63,924 nt of DNA, taken from positions 1 to 63,924 of IMG/VR virus record IMGVR_UViG_3300031687_000009; one strand, given 5' to 3'. The number at the start of each line of letters is the position of its first letter. Position 1 is the first letter of the stretch. Made by a program: the position numbers and the translations under genes. This DNA comes from a virus. Taxonomy: Duplodnaviria > Caudoviricetes. Of the stretch, positions 56,932 to 63,924 are shown piece after piece. The notes under the pieces are model-generated. The model did not search any database, had not been told where the DNA came from, and worked only from the letters and a program-made list of their open reading frames with translations.

Positions 56932-58508
56932 TATTCTCTTACGTTTGAAATTACACAATCAGTTGATAGTATCGTATTAGCTACAGATACAGCATTATTT
57001 AATGCACTTTTGGTTACTAATAAAGGATCTATGATACCTGTGTCTATCATGACCTTATCAACGCCCAGAGTTACATCAACTCCAATGCCCCATTCATTTA
57101 ATGAAAAAGATTTTGGATCTAATCCTGCATTTGTTAATATTTTGGTAAATGGCGAAACTAAAGCGTCTTTTAATATATTCACTCCAGCTAACATACCCCC
57201 ATTAAGTTCCATTTCCCAATCTACAGAAGCAGCATATGCTAATGCTGAACCTCCTCCTGGTAAAATGCCTTCTTTACGAGCTGCTTTAACAGCGTGTATG
57301 GCGTCATCTACTCTGTCTTGCTTTTCTTTTAACTCTACGTCAGTATCTGCACCTACATAAATTATAGATACACCACCGCATAATAAAGCCAAGCGATCAT
57401 TCAAGTGTTTCGTTAAAACATGATGATCTTCTTTTTCAAGAGCAGTTTTTAAATATTCGATACGCTCTAATGCTTCTTCAGATTTTTCCTGAATAACTAA
57501 AACTGTACCTTCTTTGTTTGAGATAGCTTTATCAGCTTCTCCTAGCATGTCCGGGGAAATTGCATCAATCGAATCTCCTAGGGTTTCGTCAAAAACTTTA
57601 GCCCCGACAAGCAATGCTAGATCCTCTAAAATATCCTTACGCTTAAGTCCGAAGCTAGGGGGATCTATGACATTGACCTTAATATTGCCCTTAGCCATGT
57701 TCATAGCTAAAGCCGTAATTGGCTGAGCTTCCAAGGGGGCAATAAGTAGTATGCTACGGTTTGACTTAATAGCATACTCTAGGATGTCTTGTATTTTTCT
57801 AACGTTTGGAATATCTGTTGCGCTTATAAACACAAGGGGATTTTCCAGTTCCGCAACTTCTTTTTCTTTATTAGTATAGAAATGCGGCATTTTTGTAGTA
57901 GAGTTTAATTTAGTTCCCTCAACTACGTCTACGTATGTTTCACTTGTAGCGGATTGCTCCATTGCTACTATACCATTATCACCAGCTTTTCTAAAAGCGT
58001 CAGCAATAAGAGTACCTAACTCTTTATCATTATTAGCAGATATGATGGATACATCATCCAGCATTTTATCATCAACATCTATAGCTTTTTTTTCTAAAAA
58101 GTCTACAATGTGCTTTTTATACTTATTTACACCTTCTTTTACGTCTCTAAAAGAAAAATCGCTTGCATTTGATTTATGATAACAGTCAATAATAGCCTGA
58201 GTTAGTACTATAGAGGTGGTGGTACCATCTCCTGCTATATTGGCTGTCTGTTGTGCTGCTTGCTTCATCATAGATACGCCCAGGTTCTCCACCGGGTCCA
58301 TAAGCATTATGGAATTAGCTACCGTTACACCATCTTTAGTGACATACGGGTTGCCAAAGTCATCTTCTATGATTACACTACGTCCACTAGCTCCTAATGT
58401 AGAGCTAACCGCGTCAGCAATCTTATTTATTCCTGTAATTAATTTATCTTTTGCCGTATTATCAAAGTACAGTGCTTTGACAAGTTTAGGACCTCCGAAT
58501 TGTGCCAT
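56931..58508 (-). CDS. groEL: Chaperonin GroEL
   Basis: AV.STLG..GR.V, VTKDGVTVA, AGDGTTT, ELKEK.DRVDDA, EGILPGGG and GIIDP..VT motifs. Confidence 0.95.
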   Translation of the reverse strand: MAQFGGPKLVKALYFDNTAKDKLITGINKIADAVSSTLGASGRSVIIEDDFGNPYVTKDGVTVANSIMLMDPVENLGVSMMKQAAQQTANIAGDGTTTSIVLTQAIIDCYHKSNASDFSFRDVKEGVNKYKKHIVDFLEKKAIDVDDKMLDDVSIISANNDKELGTLIADAFRKAGDNGIVAMEQSATSETYVDVVEGTKLNSTTKMPHFYTNKEKEVAELENPLVFISATDIPNVRKIQDILEYAIKSNRSILLIAPLEAQPITALAMNMAKGNIKVNVIDPPSFGLKRKDILEDLALLVGAKVFDETLGDSIDAISPDMLGEADKAISNKEGTVLVIQEKSEEALERIEYLKTALEKEDHHVLTKHLNDRLALLCGGVSIIYVGADTDVELKEKQDRVDDAIHAVKAARKEGILPGGGSALAYAASVDWEMELNGGMLAGVNILKDALVSPFTKILTNAGLDPKSFSLNEWGIGVDVTLGVDKVMIDTGIIDPLLVTKSALNNAVSVANTILSTDCVISNVRE

Positions 58509-58534
58509 TTAATTTAATTTAATTTGATTTTATT

Positions 58535-58921
58535 TTAACATTTCCATCTACGTCTAGCTGCTCTACCTCTTTTACCGGTCCAGCTTTTAGATCTAGCACA
58601 AAATGATTTACGTCTGCCAGCAGCTTTGCTACCTTTTTTAACCTCACCGGTTACTGCAGTTTTTAATTTACTACCTGGGTTTTTAGATCTGTATTTTTTA
58701 ACTCCAGCGGCCGTCATACCGGCTCCTTCTTTTACAGTTCTAAAATTACGACCTTTACCTTTAGTAGTTTTTCTAGGTTCTTTACTTTTTTTGCGTAAAA
58801 AAGGTGATTCATCAGTATTGGATTCAACATTCTGCTGTATCTTTGGTTCTTCTTTTACACTAAAAAGAGATTTACCTGCATTTGACTGATTGAAAGGATT
58901 TCCTTTTTGTACGTAAGCCAT
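58535..58921 (-). CDS. Small basic protein (RRKSFCAR...RWKC family)
   Basis: GMT..GV..YR..NPGSKLKTAVT...RRKSFCAR...RRWKC, a pattern I recognise from aquatic phages. Confidence 0.7.
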   Translation of the reverse strand: MAYVQKGNPFNQSNAGKSLFSVKEEPKIQQNVESNTDESPFLRKKSKEPRKTTKGKGRNFRTVKEGAGMTAAGVKKYRSKNPGSKLKTAVTGEVKKGSKAAGRRKSFCARSKSWTGKRGRAARRRWKC

Positions 58922-58924
58922 TGC

Positions 58925-59335
58925 TTAAGGAGTAGTAATAGTATCATCATCTAATCCAACCTTAATCATTTCAGGTGGCTTATTTAAAGATTCATTTGCT
59001 ACGGCACTTGATTCTTTTAATCCACTCATATCAGGTCCTTTTTCGTCTTCTTTAGCAACATTCTTTTCAGCTACTTCTAATCCATCTTCTTGATCTAATC
59101 CTGAACTAATAGCACCTTCAATTCCATCTCTACCTTGAGAAGGATCAGCGTCACTATATAGACCTGTACTTCTAGCGCCTTGAGCTATTGCAAATAATGG
59201 AGATCCGTAGGAATCCATTTTGTCTGATGACTTTTTACTAAACGAACCTTCAGTATGAAGTTCTTTAGAACCTTGATTCATAGTGAATGGATTTCCACCT
59301 TGTGAAAAACCACTACTTTTTGGAAATTTTGGCAT
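58925..59335 (-). CDS. Hypothetical protein
   Basis: 136 aa, in the operon; contains NPF/SPL motifs. Confidence 0.6.
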   Translation of the reverse strand: MPKFPKSSGFSQGGNPFTMNQGSKELHTEGSFSKKSSDKMDSYGSPLFAIAQGARSTGLYSDADPSQGRDGIEGAISSGLDQEDGLEVAEKNVAKEDEKGPDMSGLKESSAVANESLNKPPEMIKVGLDDDTITTP

Positions 59336-59344
59336 AATATATAA

Positions 59345-59560
59345 TTAAGAGTTATTGCTCCAATGTTTAGATAAAAAAGTACCGCCTCTTCGAGACTTAG
59401 CATCGTAGCTAGCATCTTTCTTTAATGCATGCGCGTGATCGAAATCGTTCTTAGCAGCCGCCATTTTACCTGTAGCCGCTTCATAGCGACCATCAGCTTT
59501 TAGTTTCTTTTCGTGAGAGTAATCATCCATAGATGATTCTTTGTCTTGGTACTTGTTCAT
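59345..59560 (-). CDS. Hypothetical protein
   Basis: 71 aa with an A-rich leader. Confidence 0.6.
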   Translation of the reverse strand: MNKYQDKESSMDDYSHEKKLKADGRYEAATGKMAAAKNDFDHAHALKKDASYDAKSRRGGTFLSKHWSNNS

Positions 59561-59576
59561 TTTTTGATTTTTAAAT

Positions 59577-59654
59577 GTCAGATGGTCTAGCCGTCTTTAA
59601 GGTTTTTTGTTTTGGACCGTCTGTCCTTAACCTTTCAGGCTTTTGCCTTCTGAC
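59577..59654 (-). ncRNA. Candidate structured intergenic RNA element
   Basis: Nested stems GTCAGA/TCTGAC, AGGC-AAAA-GCCT, AAGGTT/AACCTT and GGAC-AGACG-GTCC in a ~100-nt gap of the late block. Confidence 0.35.
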
Positions 59655-59659
59655 TGTTT

Positions 59660-60091
59660 TTATTTATTTTTACAGTTACACTCTTTTTTGCCACACTCAC
59701 AGGGAGCATCCTCGATGTCTCCTAATTTAGTTAGCCTTGTAATGATATTCTTTTGTATTTGAATGATCATAGATTCAAGCTGGTCGTTACGTACTTCCAT
59801 CATTTGCATTCCTGCCTGAAGTGATTCATTCTTATTTCTTAAACTTTCTAGTTCCTCTGGGTTCTTTCCAATGATTGTATATATTACTACTGATAAGGAT
59901 CCTACCATCATACCTACTACAGATACAAACACATCTTTGTTAACCGGAGGTATTTCATTATATGATAAGAATAACAATAGAAAAACAATCAATAAGAATA
60001 TACCCGCTGCACCTAAGTAGTGCCTTAAATCTTTTGCTGATCTGGGTGTCATACTCATATTGTTTTTAAATTTTCTAATAGTTTCTGTCAT
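59660..60091 (-). CDS. Two-TM membrane protein with a C-terminal coiled coil and Cys-rich tail
   Basis: Two hydrophobic helices, a heptad region and a CECGKKECNC end. Confidence 0.65.
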   Translation of the reverse strand: MTETIRKFKNNMSMTPRSAKDLRHYLGAAGIFLLIVFLLLFLSYNEIPPVNKDVFVSVVGMMVGSLSVVIYTIIGKNPEELESLRNKNESLQAGMQMMEVRNDQLESMIIQIQKNIITRLTKLGDIEDAPCECGKKECNCKNK

Positions 60092-60104
60092 ATTAAATTA
60101 AATT

Positions 60105-60236
60105 TTATTTCTTCACACAGTTGTTGACCATCTTAGCTTTACCGCCTTTAGTCTTTTTCCCACTAGGAGATTTTTTCTTTCCAACTGCTTTATAACCTTT
60201 CCAACAACTAGGTCCTTTCTTTTTTTTAGCAGCCAT
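60105..60236 (-). CDS. 43-aa Lys-rich CWxGY-motif protein
   Basis: Read by hand: MAAKKKKGPSCWKGYKAVGKKKSPSGKKTKGGKAKMVNNCVKK. Confidence 0.65.
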   Translation of the reverse strand: MAAKKKKGPSCWKGYKAVGKKKSPSGKKTKGGKAKMVNNCVKK

Positions 60237-60239
60237 TAC

Positions 60240-60443
60240 TTAGTACATTTTATTTTTCCTAATAGGCTCAGTTGTTTTCTTTTTAGTTTTTTTAGTTGGT
60301 TTAGCAGCTAAAATACTTTTCTTAATAGCATCAGGTAAATTCTTTTGCTTACCAACTAATGCCTTTTTAGCTGGAGATTTCTTTACAGCTTTTTTCTTTA
60401 CAACTTTTTTCTTTACAACTTTTCTTTTCAATATAGGTTTCAT
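60240..60443 (-). CDS. Lys-rich, histone-H1-like small protein
   Basis: KKKVVKKKAVKKSPAKK repeats. Confidence 0.65.
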   Translation of the reverse strand: MKPILKRKVVKKKVVKKKAVKKSPAKKALVGKQKNLPDAIKKSILAAKPTKKTKKKTTEPIRKNKMY

Positions 60444-60462
60444 AATGATTATTTTTTAAATT

Positions 60463-60648
60463 TTATTCTTGACTTTTTTCCATTGCTTTTTTAGCGAGCA
60501 TCTGTGCGCCTATCTTAACTAGCATAGCTGGTATTACTTTGATTGGACTACCTGAAGCCCCACCTGTTTTTTTACTCATAGTAGTTCCGCAGTTATGTAC
60601 ACCTTTCTTTGTACCCGCGCCACCTAAATTCATTGGTCCTAATCCCAT
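60463..60648 (-). CDS. Small basic hypothetical protein
   Basis: 61 aa, in the operon. Confidence 0.55.
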   Translation of the reverse strand: MGLGPMNLGGAGTKKGVHNCGTTMSKKTGGASGSPIKVIPAMLVKIGAQMLAKKAMEKSQE

Positions 60649-60649
60649 G

Positions 60650-60871
60650 TTATCTTTTTTTATCTTTTTTAATTTTAGCTGCTTTAGCCTTAGCGTTAGC
60701 TTTTAAATACGCTGCTCTTACAGCAGCCTTTCTCTCTGACTCTCTAATGGCAGCTTTCTGTAGTTGAGATAGTTTACCAGTCTTTTCTCTTTTCTGCGCC
60801 TTCTTCAATGACCTAGCATTGTCCTTGTCACTCGCATAGAGATTCTTATTCTTAGGTTTTCTTCTTACCAT
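60650..60871 (-). CDS. Lys/Ala-rich small protein
   Basis: 73 aa, highly basic. Confidence 0.6.
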   Translation of the reverse strand: MVRRKPKNKNLYASDKDNARSLKKAQKREKTGKLSQLQKAAIRESERKAAVRAAYLKANAKAKAAKIKKDKKR

Positions 60872-60873
60872 AG

Positions 60874-60993
60874 CTACTTCTTGGTATGGCTGTACCCTTT
60901 CTTCTTCAGGGCCAGATGGTCCTTCATAGTCTTAGCAGTTTTTACCAAGCCCGTCTTGCTGTACATCTTATGTACCTTGAATGCTTTTGCCAT
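60874..60993 (-). CDS. 39-aa basic protein (FKVHKMY...DHL.LKKKGY.H), first gene of the leftward block
   Basis: Read by hand; A-rich leader. Confidence 0.6.
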   Translation of the reverse strand: MAKAFKVHKMYSKTGLVKTAKTMKDHLALKKKGYSHTKK

Positions 60994-61503
60994 TTGTTAA
61001 TGTTTTAAATATAGGAGTATTGTGTAATATATATGTATCTAGTAATCAGATGATTAGAAAAGTCATATCTTATTATGCCCCCATATCAATAGTATATTGT
61101 TGATTTCATTGCGTATTTGACAGATAACATACAATTCTATTATCGTATTGACAATCGTATGTCAATGTGTCATGTATTATTCATTGATATCATCCAATCA
61201 TTATCATATTATCATTATATAGCTATATCGTTATGTTATTATCATATATGTATACATATCGTTAAGACATTGATATGTATTGTATTGTATATGTCATTGT
61301 GTCATAGTTATATTAATATAATATAGTATTTGGTTATGACATAGTGTCATGATATATATATAGTTATATGACATTGTGTCATATGATTGATGTCATTATC
61401 ATATTGTCGATATATCTCATTATATCTATGAGATTATTATATATATAGTATTATAGTGCAATATATTCAAAAAGGGACATTTTATATATATGTTATAATA
61501 AAG
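60994..61503. repeat. Non-coding AT-rich junction with TGTCAT/ATGACA/TATCAT repeats (candidate genome terminus or origin)
   Basis: 15-mers at 61159, 61291, 61336 and 61368 (ATG[AT]CA-N3-TGTCAT) plus many TATCAT/TTGACA variants; lies between divergent gene blocks. Confidence 0.65.
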
Positions 61504-61537
61504 TACGTTACAAAGTGTATATTAATGTGATAATATA
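61504..61537 (+). promoter_or_regulatory. Early promoter motif, copy 1
   Basis: TACGTTACAA-N12-TGTGATAATATA, 24 nt upstream of ATG 61562. Confidence 0.8.
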
Positions 61538-61561
61538 TATGAATATAATAATATAAATACT

Positions 61562-61804
61562 ATGAAATACAATAAAATATATAATTTAATAAAAAATGAC
61601 TGTGAAGAATTATATCACGTGAATGATTGTGAAAACTTTCTAGAAGAAAATGAATTAGATTTAAATTGGTTTTCAAAAAATGAATATATAATATTCTCTA
61701 ATATATGTACAAATTATAATAATGTTATAAAAACATTAAACAATAATAAAATTAAATTTAATGAATATGAAGATTATTTAAATTTAAAATATATAATTGT
61801 ATAA
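61562..61804 (+). CDS. Early hypothetical protein
   Basis: 80 aa, downstream of motif copy 1. Confidence 0.65.
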   Translation: MKYNKIYNLIKNDCEELYHVNDCENFLEENELDLNWFSKNEYIIFSNICTNYNNVIKTLNNNKIKFNEYEDYLNLKYIIV

Positions 61805-61806
61805 AG

Positions 61807-61840
61807 TACGTTACAACTCACATATAAATGTGATAATATA
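61807..61840 (+). promoter_or_regulatory. Early promoter motif, copy 2
   Basis: Identical boxes with an N12 spacer, upstream of ATG 61863. Confidence 0.8.
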
Positions 61841-61862
61841 AATGAATATAAAAATAATATAA

Positions 61863-62066
61863 ATGCAAAAACTTAAAACAAATCACTACAAATCACAATT
61901 GATTTTCACTAAAAAACTAACTAAAAATAATATTTCTTATTACGGTTTTAAATTAAATGAATTAATAGATTTTAAATTATACAAATTAGATTATGACTTT
62001 CAATTTAAAGGTTTAACATTTATAAGTGATGAAAAATTAAGCGAAAGTTTATATATAAAAAGATAA
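61863..62066 (+). CDS. Early hypothetical protein
   Basis: 67 aa, downstream of motif copy 2. Confidence 0.65.
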   Translation: MQKLKTNHYKSQLIFTKKLTKNNISYYGFKLNELIDFKLYKLDYDFQFKGLTFISDEKLSESLYIKR

Positions 62067-62074
62067 TAATAAAA

Positions 62075-62108
62075 TACGTTACAAATCATATTAATGTGTG
62101 ATAATATA
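62075..62108 (+). promoter_or_regulatory. Early promoter motif, copy 3
   Basis: Identical boxes with an N12 spacer, upstream of ATG 62132. Confidence 0.8.
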
Positions 62109-62131
62109 ATGTAAGTAAAAATAATAATAAT

Positions 62132-62272
62132 ATGATAGTAACAGTAAAAAGTAAAGATAATTATAAAATAGATGTGACGAGATTATATCTTCAAGCATTA
62201 GAGAAAACTATAAGTGTAGAAGACTACAAAAAAGAATTAGATTTAATAACAAGTAATAATAAAAATATATAA
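62132..62272 (+). CDS. 46-aa early hypothetical protein
   Basis: Read by hand (MIVTVKSKDNYKIDVTRLY...); downstream of motif copy 3. Confidence 0.6.
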   Translation: MIVTVKSKDNYKIDVTRLYLQALEKTISVEDYKKELDLITSNNKNI

Positions 62273-62273
62273 T

Positions 62274-62507
62274 ATGAATGATATAAAAAATGTAAAGCGC
62301 TTTGTGATAAGTGTAAAAGGTATAGAAAATAAACAAGTATGTGTGTTTATAAATAAAAAAGGTGTTGAGTATAAGTACGATCAAAGTGTAGTATTCAATC
62401 AATTAAAAGAAAAGTTTGAAAAAATGAATTGTTGGACAAAGTATAAAACTTATACTAATACAAATAACTTACCAACTTTCGTTAAAGCTTTAAATAGCTT
62501 AGTATAA
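62274..62507 (+). CDS. Early hypothetical protein
   Basis: 77 aa, starting immediately after the previous stop. Confidence 0.65.
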   Translation: MNDIKNVKRFVISVKGIENKQVCVFINKKGVEYKYDQSVVFNQLKEKFEKMNCWTKYKTYTNTNNLPTFVKALNSLV

Positions 62508-62557
62508 TAAAAGAATAAGGTGTTGAAGTGTGTTCTTTCCTTAAACGAACAGACAAT

Positions 62558-62631
62558 TGAGTGAACGGTTAGCAAGGTTAAATTCCTTAGTTAAATGGGA
62601 AATAAAGGTTCGATTCCTTTCCGCTCTACTA
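62558..62631 (+). tRNA. Degenerate tRNA-like element (pseudo-tRNA)
   Basis: Perfect T arm AAAGG-TTCGATT-CCTTT; imperfect acceptor TGAGTGA/CCGCTCT; GG-containing D-like loop; tRNA length; ends in A-CTA rather than CCA. Confidence 0.4.
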
Positions 62632-62641
62632 AATAATAAAT

Positions 62642-62797
62642 ATGAATAAAATAGAAAAGAAATTATTAAACAAAGTGTTTAATGACTATATATATAACTA
62701 TTGTTATAAAGATAAGAAACCAAATGAATTTAAAAGTGATGTAGAACACAAAATAGTAAGTGATATATGTGACTTTATGAAAAAATATAAAATATGA
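62642..62797 (+). CDS. 51-aa early hypothetical protein
   Basis: Read by hand; ATGA overlap with the 62794 ORF. Confidence 0.55.
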   Translation: MNKIEKKLLNKVFNDYIYNYCYKDKKPNEFKSDVEHKIVSDICDFMKKYKI

Positions 62798-62988
62798 CAG
62801 AGAAAATGATGAGTGAAAAACTGCTTAAAATAGCAGAGTTCGAAAAAGAATATGGCGAAGATCATGGTATTACAAACGTAATAGCTATGAAGAAATATTG
62901 TAGTGACAAACAATATAGAGAAAGAGTACACGCTTTTAATAAAGCAAGTGCTAATACAATTAAATATTATAAATTATTCACATGTTAG
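62794..62988 (+). CDS. Early hypothetical protein
   Basis: 64 aa, coupled to its neighbours. Confidence 0.6.
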   Translation: MTEKMMSEKLLKIAEFEKEYGEDHGITNVIAMKKYCSDKQYRERVHAFNKASANTIKYYKLFTC

Positions 62989-63566
62989 AAAAATTAAAAC
63001 CACTAAGAAGTACACCAACAGGTATATATTTCCGTATGGCAGATGGTCGTATCGGTTACGCTAATCACCAATATGCTCGAGTGAGTGTCACTCGCGAAGG
63101 AATTAGAAATGGTCAATATTACAAAGAAGATTGTAGTATCGGCGATAGAATGTATCAAATAAATACAAGAATTAATTATCCTCACCACGAAACATCAAGT
63201 ATAAACATGATAGGTAGAGTGAGATATAATGATATTAGCGAAGCGATTAACGCTTTACAAAATTTTAACTGTAAAAACTGTGGTGAATACGCTGTAGAAT
63301 TACGTAAAAATAAAATTATAAAAGAATATAACGAGCACAAAGCTTTAAATATTCGCTCTGTATTAACAAGAGATGAAGACGAAGCATACAATCGAGGTCA
63401 TGATGACGGTAGAGAAAATGGTTATAGTGACGGTAGAGAATTTGGTTATAGCGAAGGTTATAAAATGGGCAAAGAAAATGGCTATGAAGATGGTTATAAC
63501 GAAGGTTTTAGCGAAGGTGTTATTTCAGTCGAAGAAAAATTAAATAAATTATTAAATACATTATAA
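62982..63566 (+). CDS. Early protein with a C-terminal GxxxG repeat helix (FliH/Yae1-like)
   Basis: RGHDDGRENGYSDGREFGYSEGYKMGKENGYEDGYNEGFSEG. Confidence 0.65.
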   Translation: MLEKLKPLRSTPTGIYFRMADGRIGYANHQYARVSVTREGIRNGQYYKEDCSIGDRMYQINTRINYPHHETSSINMIGRVRYNDISEAINALQNFNCKNCGEYAVELRKNKIIKEYNEHKALNIRSVLTRDEDEAYNRGHDDGRENGYSDGREFGYSEGYKMGKENGYEDGYNEGFSEGVISVEEKLNKLLNTL

Positions 63567-63775
63567 TGAATAAAGAAGATAAATCAATTTTAAAATATGC
63601 ACTTAGTATAGATGAAAAAGGTAGAGTAACACCATTAGAATTTGCTTCATGGTTAAGACAATCACTAGATATAGAAGCAGAAAACTTATTTGGTGAATTT
63701 GGTTTTGCTACATTAACAAACGACGAACAAAATCTTTGCTTTGCAGAAGTATATGAAAAAGGATTGATTGAATAA
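63566..63775 (+). CDS. Early hypothetical protein
   Basis: 69 aa; TAATG coupled to the upstream gene. Confidence 0.6.
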   Translation: MNKEDKSILKYALSIDEKGRVTPLEFASWLRQSLDIEAENLFGEFGFATLTNDEQNLCFAEVYEKGLIE

Positions 63776-63777
63776 AA

Positions 63778-63811
63778 TACGTTACAAAACAAAATAGTTT
63801 GTGATAATATA
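63778..63811 (+). promoter_or_regulatory. Early promoter motif, copy 4
   Basis: Identical boxes with an N12 spacer, upstream of ATG 63834. Confidence 0.8.
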
Positions 63812-63833
63812 TATGTAACAAATAAATAATAAT

Positions 63834-63924
63834 ATGCAAAAATACTGTAAATGTGGTAGTACACTACACCCTGTTAGATTAAGTTTAGGATATACTAGAT
63901 GCATCGAATGCTCTACTATCAATA
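63834..63924 (+). CDS. C4 zinc-finger protein, DksA/TraR-finger-like (3'-truncated)
   Basis: Read by hand: MQKYCKCGSTLHPVRLSLGYTRCIECSTIN... Confidence 0.55.
   Translation, partial: MQKYCKCGSTLHPVRLSLGYTRCIECSTIN

Noticed and set aside
59577-59654. c-di-GMP-I riboswitch or hammerhead ribozyme
   Set aside because: GGCAAA..GAAA is only superficially similar; the GACGCAAA core and the CUGAnGA/GAAAC cores are missing.
61117-61326. 69-aa ORF in the repeat field
   Set aside because: It has a non-ATG start and a low-complexity I/Y/H/C composition produced by the DNA repeats.
61504-63811. CRISPR array made of the repeated 34-bp motif
   Set aside because: The copies are hundreds of bp apart, separated by ORFs, and have a variable middle; no cas genes are present.
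62208-63864. Minus-strand ORFs in the early region
   Set aside because: They are antisense shadows of promoter-led, translationally coupled plus-strand ORFs in very AT-rich DNA.
1-63924. Stop-codon reassignment, as seen in some crAss-like phages
   Set aside because: Hallmark genes are full length in the standard code, and TAG/TGA stops fall at natural protein ends (helicase, nrdB) next to new ATGs.
1-63924. Prophage or host chromosomal DNA (suggested by groEL and nrdAB)
   Set aside because: No integrase, repressor or flanking host genes are present, and these genes are divergent and embedded in phage operons.

Overview
This 63.9 kb window is most of the genome of a lytic-type tailed dsDNA phage. 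The host is most likely Bacteroidota, probably an aquatic flavobacterium, judging from the AT richness, A-rich leaders lacking Shine-Dalgarno motifs, a crAss-like TerL-portal-capsid-ring-muzzle gene order and a BACON-like domain. There are three blocks. (1) 1-10419 (+): recombination, replication and nucleotide genes, including ERF, a PD-(D/E)XK exonuclease, a T7/Twinkle-type primase-helicase, a T4 gp42-like dCMP-modifying thymidylate-synthase homologue, two all-alpha NTP pyrophosphatases and a class I RNR, ending at a bidirectional terminator. (2) 10464-60993 (-): a ~50 kb late block with small basic proteins, GroEL/GroES, about 15 fibre/decoration proteins, lysis genes, TerL, portal, capsid, a short-tail module and ejected cargo proteins including a 2459-aa polyvalent protein. 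(3) 60994-63924: an AT-rich repeat-laden non-coding junction followed by small early genes (+), with four copies of a strictly spaced bipartite motif, TACGTTACAA-N12-TGTGATAATATA. The most interesting hypothesis is that the 2459-aa cargo protein has no recognisable RNA polymerase but carries a sigma-70 region-2-like domain, while the early promoters do not match the Bacteroidota housekeeping consensus. Together these suggest a virion-delivered sigma factor with its own promoter set. All family assignments are by eye from motifs; no searches were run.
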